This document shows, one piece after another, positions 58,868 to 64,000 of a stretch of 64,000 bases of DNA; positions within the stretch are counted from its first letter, which is position 1, and each line of letters opens with the position of its first letter. The notes beneath the pieces were generated by a model that was not told the origin of the DNA, ran no database searches, and saw only the letters and a program-made list of their open reading frames with translations. The position numbers were made by a program, and so were the translations under genes. This DNA comes from Kofleriaceae bacterium (GTDB lineage: Bacteria; Myxococcota_A; Polyangia; Haliangiales; Haliangiaceae): positions 9,007-73,006 of the forward strand of contig JBKJLC010000244.1 in NCBI GenBank assembly GCA_046597055.1. Reading direction: 5' to 3'.

Positions 58868-61756
58868 TCAGGCCTTTAGCGCGGTCAGCGCGGTGGCGCA
58901 ACGGTCACACACGTCGTCGGGCTCAGCAGCGAGCTCGGCGAACCACTTCCAGCAACGGGCGCAGTGCGCGCCGCCGTGCTCGGCCACGACCACGCTCGGG
59001 GTGGGCCCCTCGGTCAGCTCGACCGCGGAGACGATGAACAGGTCGGCCAGCTCGTCGGCGTAGCGCATCAGCACGTGGATGTCGGCCTGCGCGACCAGGG
59101 TCACCTGGGCGTCGAGCGACTTGTGCTTGGCCGCGCGAAACGCCTCGAGCTCCTTGTTGACGCGATCGCGCCAGCCCAGGAGGACCGCGAAGTCCTTGGC
59201 GAGCTCGTCGTCCTCGGCCAGCGCGGCGCCCTCCGGGTAGGTGGCGAGGTGAACCGAGTCGGGATCGCCGGGCCGTCGCGGCAGGTGGGTCCACAGGTCC
59301 TCGGCGGTGAAACACAGGATCGGCGCCATCAGCGTCGCCAGCGCGCGGGTCGCCTCGTAGAGCACGACCTGCGCCGACCGCCGGCGCGGCGCGGTGACCG
59401 CGTCGGCGTACAGCCGGTCCTTCACGACGTCGCCGTACAGCGCCGACAGATCGACCGTCACGAAGTCGACCAGCGCGCGGTGGACCTGATGCAGCTCGTA
59501 CGCTTCGTAGTGGGCCTTGACCCGCGCGACCAGGTCGTCGACCCGCGCCAGCATGAAGCGATCGACCCACTGGCCGTCGCGCAGCACGGTCGCACGGTCG
59601 GCCTGCTCGCCGCCGGGCGCGAAGCCGCGCAGGTTGCCGAGCGCGAAGCGCGCGGTGTTCCGCAGCTTGCGATACCAGTCGGTCATCCCGTCCAGCAGCG
59701 TCTGCGAGTACGGGATGTCGTTGCGGAAGTCGGTCGAGCCGACCCACAGCCGGAACATCTCCGCGCCCGACTTCTTGATGACGTCGTCGGGCTCGATGTA
59801 GTCGACCTTGAGCCCGAGCTCGCGCGCCTTTTGCAGGTCGCCCTTGGAGTACGGCTTGCCGGTCTTGGCGTCGACCACGAAGCCGTGGGTCAGGACCTGG
59901 CGGTAGGGCGGGGCGCCCTTCACCGCGGTCGCGGTCAGCAGCGAGCTGTGAAACCAGCCGCGGTGCTGATCGGAGCCCTCGAGGTAGAGGTCGACCTGGG
60001 TGTGATCCGGCGCCTGCTCGGCGATCGCCAGCCACGACACGCCCGACTCGAACCACACGTCGACGATGTTGTGCTCCTTCTCGAACTGCTCGGGCCCGGC
60101 GCCACACCGACACCGGGTGCCCGGCGGCACCAGCTCGGCCGACGGCCGGATCCACCACGCGTCGGCGCCCTCGCGGCCGAAGATCTCGGCGACGTGGTCC
60201 ATGGTCGCGGCCTCGGCGTGGGGCTCGCCGCACCCGCCGCAGAAGAACGCCGGGATCGGCGTCCCCCACAGCCGCTGGCGCGACAGCACCCAGTCGGGAC
60301 GGTTCTCGATCATCGCGTAGATGCGGTTCTCGCCCCATGACGGGACCCACGACACCTGGTTGCGGATGGCGTCGAGCGCCTTGGCGCGCAGGTCGCCGTG
60401 ATCGATCGACGCGAACCACTGCGAGGTCGCGCGGAACAGGATCGGCCCCTTGCATCGCCAGCAATGCGGGTACTGGTGAGCGATCTTGTCGCCGACCGGG
60501 TTGAGCAGGTGGCCGCTGGCCGCGATCCGCTCGACCACCAGCGGGTTGGCCTGGTCGGTCGACAGGCCGCGCAGCCACCCGGGCGCCTCGTCGGTGTAGA
60601 CCCCGGCGTCGTCGAGCGGCGCGTACGGTGGCAGGCCGTGGGCCATGCCGGTCTTGTAGTCGTCGGTGCCGTGGCCGGGCGCGGTGTGGACCAGGCCCGT
60701 GCCCTGCTCGGTGGTGACGTAGTCGGTGAACCAGACCCGGAAGCTCGGGTCGTCGGCGCTCGCGGGCGCGTCGAGGAACGGGTGCTGATAACGAGTCCCC
60801 TCGAGGCTGCGCAGCCGCGCCGGGTCGATCGCGATGGCCTCGGCGACGAGGTGGGGTGCGCCGATCGCCTTGGCGAAGGACTCGGCCAGCGCCGCGGCGC
60901 ACACGAGATATTCGCCTGTCCTGAGCTCGGTCGAAGGGCCCGGGACCGGCGAGGGCACCGCGACGTAGGCGACCTCGGGGTGGAGCACGATCGCCAGGTT
61001 GGCGGGCAGGGTCCACGGGGTCGTGGTCCAGATCGGGAGCGCCAGCCGCGCGCCGGCCAGCCGCGCGTCGAGCTGGCCCGGATCGAAGTCGACCAGCGGG
61101 AACCGCACGTAGATCGAGGGCGACGTCTTGTCGGCGTACTCGATCTCGGCCTCGGCCAGCGCGGTCTTGTCGCGCGGGCACCAGTAGACCGGCTTCTTGC
61201 CGCGATAGAGATAGCCGCCGCGCGTGAACGCCGCGAGCCCTTGCACGATCGCCTTCTCGTAGGCGGGCGTCAGCGTCATGTACGGCGTGTCCCACGCGCC
61301 GAAGATGCCCAGCCGCTTGAACTCCGTGCGCTGGATGTCGATGAACTTCATCGCGTACGCCTTGCAGGCGGCGCGCAGCTCGGCCTTGCTCATCGTCGCG
61401 CGCTTCTTGCCGAGCTCGCGCTCGACCGCCAGCTCGATCGGGAGGCCGTGGGTGTCCCAGCCGGGGATGTAGGGCGCGCGCAGGCCCATCATCGTCTTGT
61501 GCTTGACGACGATGTCCTTGAGGAGCTTGTTGAGGATGTGGCCGTAGTGGATGTGGCCGTTGGAGTATGGCGGCCCGTCGTGGAGGATGAACGGCGCCGC
61601 GTCGGCGCGTGCCTCCTGGATGCGCTCGTAGATGCCCTGCTGGCTCCACGCGGCGAGCAGCTCGGGCTCGCGGCGGGCGAGATCGCCGCGCATCGGGAAG
61701 GCGGTCTCCGGAAGCGCGACCGTGTCCTTGTACTTGCCTTGATCTCGAGCCGACAT
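58868..61756 (-). CDS. ileS: isoleucine--tRNA ligase (type-1-like, with atypical signature motifs)
   Basis: LHDGPPY, GWDTHGLPIE, WTTTPWTLPAN, GTGLVHTAPGHG, WVLSRQR, EGSDQHRGWF, C-terminal CARCW...CDRC zinc site; ileS-lspA synteny. Confidence 0.96.
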   Translation of the reverse strand: MSARDQGKYKDTVALPETAFPMRGDLARREPELLAAWSQQGIYERIQEARADAAPFILHDGPPYSNGHIHYGHILNKLLKDIVVKHKTMMGLRAPYIPGWDTHGLPIELAVERELGKKRATMSKAELRAACKAYAMKFIDIQRTEFKRLGIFGAWDTPYMTLTPAYEKAIVQGLAAFTRGGYLYRGKKPVYWCPRDKTALAEAEIEYADKTSPSIYVRFPLVDFDPGQLDARLAGARLALPIWTTTPWTLPANLAIVLHPEVAYVAVPSPVPGPSTELRTGEYLVCAAALAESFAKAIGAPHLVAEAIAIDPARLRSLEGTRYQHPFLDAPASADDPSFRVWFTDYVTTEQGTGLVHTAPGHGTDDYKTGMAHGLPPYAPLDDAGVYTDEAPGWLRGLSTDQANPLVVERIAASGHLLNPVGDKIAHQYPHCWRCKGPILFRATSQWFASIDHGDLRAKALDAIRNQVSWVPSWGENRIYAMIENRPDWVLSRQRLWGTPIPAFFCGGCGEPHAEAATMDHVAEIFGREGADAWWIRPSAELVPPGTRCRCGAGPEQFEKEHNIVDVWFESGVSWLAIAEQAPDHTQVDLYLEGSDQHRGWFHSSLLTATAVKGAPPYRQVLTHGFVVDAKTGKPYSKGDLQKARELGLKVDYIEPDDVIKKSGAEMFRLWVGSTDFRNDIPYSQTLLDGMTDWYRKLRNTARFALGNLRGFAPGGEQADRATVLRDGQWVDRFMLARVDDLVARVKAHYEAYELHQVHRALVDFVTVDLSALYGDVVKDRLYADAVTAPRRRSAQVVLYEATRALATLMAPILCFTAEDLWTHLPRRPGDPDSVHLATYPEGAALAEDDELAKDFAVLLGWRDRVNKELEAFRAAKHKSLDAQVTLVAQADIHVLMRYADELADLFIVSAVELTEGPTPSVVVAEHGGAHCARCWKWFAELAAEPDDVCDRCATALTALKA
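60914..60938 (+). repeat. minimal copy of the palindromic repeat inside the ileS coding sequence
   Basis: GCCTGTCCTGAGC-TCG-GTCGAAGGG has the same termini as the intergenic copies; on the minus strand it encodes PSTELRTG in IleRS. Confidence 0.7.
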
Positions 61757-61839
61757 CGCGGCGGACGCTAGCACGCCGGACCCCGGGCGTGCGCCGCGGC
61801 GCGTCGTCGGCGTCGGACCGGCGCGGTAGCGTGCGCCGC

Positions 61840-62319
61840 ATGAGCGATGCCGCCGCGCCCCGCGCCTCCTGGGACACCTACTTCATGAGCATCGCGCAGG
61901 TGGTCGCGACGCGCTCGACCTGCCCGCGCAAGTTCGTCGGCTCGGTGATCGTGCGCAACCGCATCATCCTATCGACCGGCTACAACGGCTCGATCCGCGG
62001 GATGCCGCACTGCTCGGACGTCGGCCACATGATGGAGGACAACCACTGCGTGGCCACGATCCACGCCGAGGCCAACGCGATCATCCAGGCCGCACGCTCG
62101 GGCGTGACCATCGACGGCGCGACGATCTACGTGACCGCGTCGCCGTGCTGGAGCTGCTTCAAGCAGATCGCCAATGCGGGGATCGTGCGCATCTGTTACG
62201 GCGAGTTCTATCGGGACGAGCGCATCTTCGACGTCGCGCGTCAGATCGAGCTCGAGCTGGTCCACGTGCCGTTGCCGGGCGTGCAGCTGCCGCCCGCGCC
62301 GATCGCCCCCCCCGGGTGA
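61840..62319 (+). CDS. dCMP deaminase / ComEB family zinc deaminase
   Basis: SWDTYFM, RSTC, TGYNG, HAEANAI, SPCWSC. ATG lies 7 nt after TAGCGT. Confidence 0.9.
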   Translation: MSDAAAPRASWDTYFMSIAQVVATRSTCPRKFVGSVIVRNRIILSTGYNGSIRGMPHCSDVGHMMEDNHCVATIHAEANAIIQAARSGVTIDGATIYVTASPCWSCFKQIANAGIVRICYGEFYRDERIFDVARQIELELVHVPLPGVQLPPAPIAPPG

Positions 62320-62488
62320 GGGGGCATGAGGGTCGGAGTGGGAGCGAGCGAGTGATCGATCGTTTTTGGTCCAACCTTTTCTTTTCGGTAGAGCTTCTTT
62401 CTTGATCCGGAGGGGGCCGCTCGCCTAGCCTGCGGTCCAGCCTTACGGCCGCCCCCTTGGGAGGCCTTGCCACGCGAGCGAGGTACAC

Positions 62489-63364
62489 GTGATCCTACGG
62501 CGACTTTTTCTCGTCACTGCGCTGGCGCTCGGCCTGTGCACCGTCGCACCTACGTTCGACGCTGTCCGCGACGGGACCTGGACCGCGACCGCCGACGCCG
62601 GGCCGTCGACGACCAAGGAGTCGTCACGGAAGAAGGCCGCGGTCGCCAAGAAGAAGGCCGCCGCGAAGAAGGCCACCGCGAGGAAGGCCGCCGCCCGCCG
62701 GAGCCGCAGCAAGAAGTCCGCGAAGGTCAAGCTGTGCTCCGAGACCCGCGGTAGCGGCAAGAAGAAGCGCCGGCGCTGCACGTTCGTTCGCGAGTTCCAG
62801 GGCCACGGCGTCGCGTCGACCAAGCTGCGCACCGATGTGCTCGAGCGTCCGACCGGCGACGTCTGGCTCAGCGTCGAGAACCTGCGCGAGGAGACCAAGC
62901 TCAACATCTTCAAGCCCGACGGCAGCTACGACGAGGGCGCGCTGGCCAAGCTCGACGAGCTGTTCCGCTGCCGCCGCACCGGCGAAGTTCGCTCGGTCGA
63001 CCCGCGCCTCTACGAGCAGCTGTCGCGCATCTACGATCACTTCGGCGCCCGTCGCATCGACCTGGTCAGCGGCTTCCGCTTTGCCGAGCGCAACTCGAGC
63101 CGGCACTACCACGCGTCGGCGATGGACATCCGCATCAAGGGCGTGACCATCCGCGAGATGTACGACTATGCCGAGAGCCTCGACGGCGGCGGCATGGGCA
63201 TCGGCATTTACCCGCACTCCGGCTTCGTCCACGTCGACTTTCGCGCGCCCGGCGAGCCGAGCTACCGCTGGACTGACTACAGCGGCCCCAACAGCGGCAA
63301 GAAGCACAAGTCGAACAAGAAGCGTCCCGGCCGCACGTCGCGCGCGAAGAAGCCGACCAGCTGA
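62489..63364 (+). CDS. YcbK/DUF882 family M15-type peptidoglycan peptidase
   Basis: Signal peptide, Lys/Ala-rich tract, VDPRL, VSGFR, SRHYHASAMD, GIY..SGFVHVD. Confidence 0.88.
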   Translation: MILRRLFLVTALALGLCTVAPTFDAVRDGTWTATADAGPSTTKESSRKKAAVAKKKAAAKKATARKAAARRSRSKKSAKVKLCSETRGSGKKKRRRCTFVREFQGHGVASTKLRTDVLERPTGDVWLSVENLREETKLNIFKPDGSYDEGALAKLDELFRCRRTGEVRSVDPRLYEQLSRIYDHFGARRIDLVSGFRFAERNSSRHYHASAMDIRIKGVTIREMYDYAESLDGGGMGIGIYPHSGFVHVDFRAPGEPSYRWTDYSGPNSGKKHKSNKKRPGRTSRAKKPTS

Positions 63365-63407
63365 TCGGCTGCTGCCGGCTGGCCGGCGCGACCGCGCTCC
63401 CCGGTTC

Positions 63408-63726
63408 GTCCTGAGCCCGCGCGGGCGAATGCGAGCTCGGCGTCGAAGGACGCCCTGCGTCCGGCGGGAGGGCCCTCAGCATCCCGCACGTTGTTCTTCC
63501 GGTGTCCCTGAGCGAAGGCTCGCGCAGCGAGCCGAAGTCGAAGGGCAGCCCGGCGAAGATCCCGTGCGGCACCTGGGCGCTCTGCCCTCTGCCCTCCGGA
63601 TCCCGCACATCTTCCCCGGTGTCCCTGATAGGGGCAGCGCTTCCGATCACATGGCGCGATGTGACCAATCGCGAGGGGTGCCCTTCGACACGCGCACCCT
63701 ACGGGGGCGCGGCCAAGGGCGAACGG
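63408..63726. repeat. REP-like repeat cluster 4 between convergent genes
   Basis: Core units at 63408-63451 and 63499-63545, a truncated unit at 63589-63628 nearly identical to 14056-14094, and a degenerate reverse unit at 63681-63726. Confidence 0.85.
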
Positions 63727-63744
63727 GATGAGCTGGCCGACCGC

Positions 63745-64000
63745 TCACGCCTGGGCGCGGGGGCGACGGCCCGCCGCGTCGAGCAGCTCGGCTGCATGCG
63801 CGCGGGCGCGCGTGGTCGCGGCCCCTCCGAGCATCCGGGCCAGCTCGTCCTTGCGCGCGGCGCCGGTGAGCTTCTTGACGATGGTCTCGGTCCGGCCCGC
63901 GACCTCGATCTTCTCGACGTGATAGTGGCCGTCGGCCTGGGCGGCGATCTGCGGCAGGTGGGTCACGCACAGCACCTGGCGCTGCTCGGACACCGCGCGG
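63745..64000 (-). CDS. recN: DNA repair protein RecN, C-terminal end (gene continues beyond the window)
   Basis: [23 protein letters not shown]...ELARMLGG. Confidence 0.92.
   Translation of the reverse strand, partial: RAVSEQRQVLCVTHLPQIAAQADGHYHVEKIEVAGRTETIVKKLTGAARKDELARMLGGAATTRARAHAAELLDAAGRRPRAQA

Overview
A high-GC chromosomal segment, most likely from a myxobacterium (Myxococcota). This is inferred from the Ser/Thr kinase-TPR plus ECF sigma pair, the FHA and TonB-C proteins, the many secreted lipoprotein hydrolases and the GTTCAG-type LexA half-sites. About 50 densely packed CDSs mix housekeeping genes (lexA, murJ, fabH, phosphosugar mutase, acyl-CoA ligase, comEC, pabB, lspA, ileS, dCMP deaminase, recN 3' end, csp) with envelope and secreted hydrolases (PafA-like phosphatase, M1 and M43 peptidases, GH18 chitinase, lipase plus FadL, SpoIID, YcbK). 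I found no tRNA, rRNA, CRISPR array, transposase, integrase or prophage, and no clearly new multi-gene system. The most unusual signals are five. (1) A type-1-like IleRS has its KMSKS signature replaced by PYSKG plus an insertion, and its HIGH motif reads HYGH. (2) A modular palindromic repeat family (GTCC(C)TGAGC-hairpin-GTCGAAGGG) sits in four intergenic clusters, with one copy in-frame inside ileS. (3) Many genes have a TAnnnT box 5-8 nt before the start codon, suggesting leaderless transcripts. (4) There are clear TetR and probable LexA operator/promoter architectures. (5) A candidate structured RNA lies between lexA and the TonB-domain gene. All product calls come from motif recognition by eye, not database searches.
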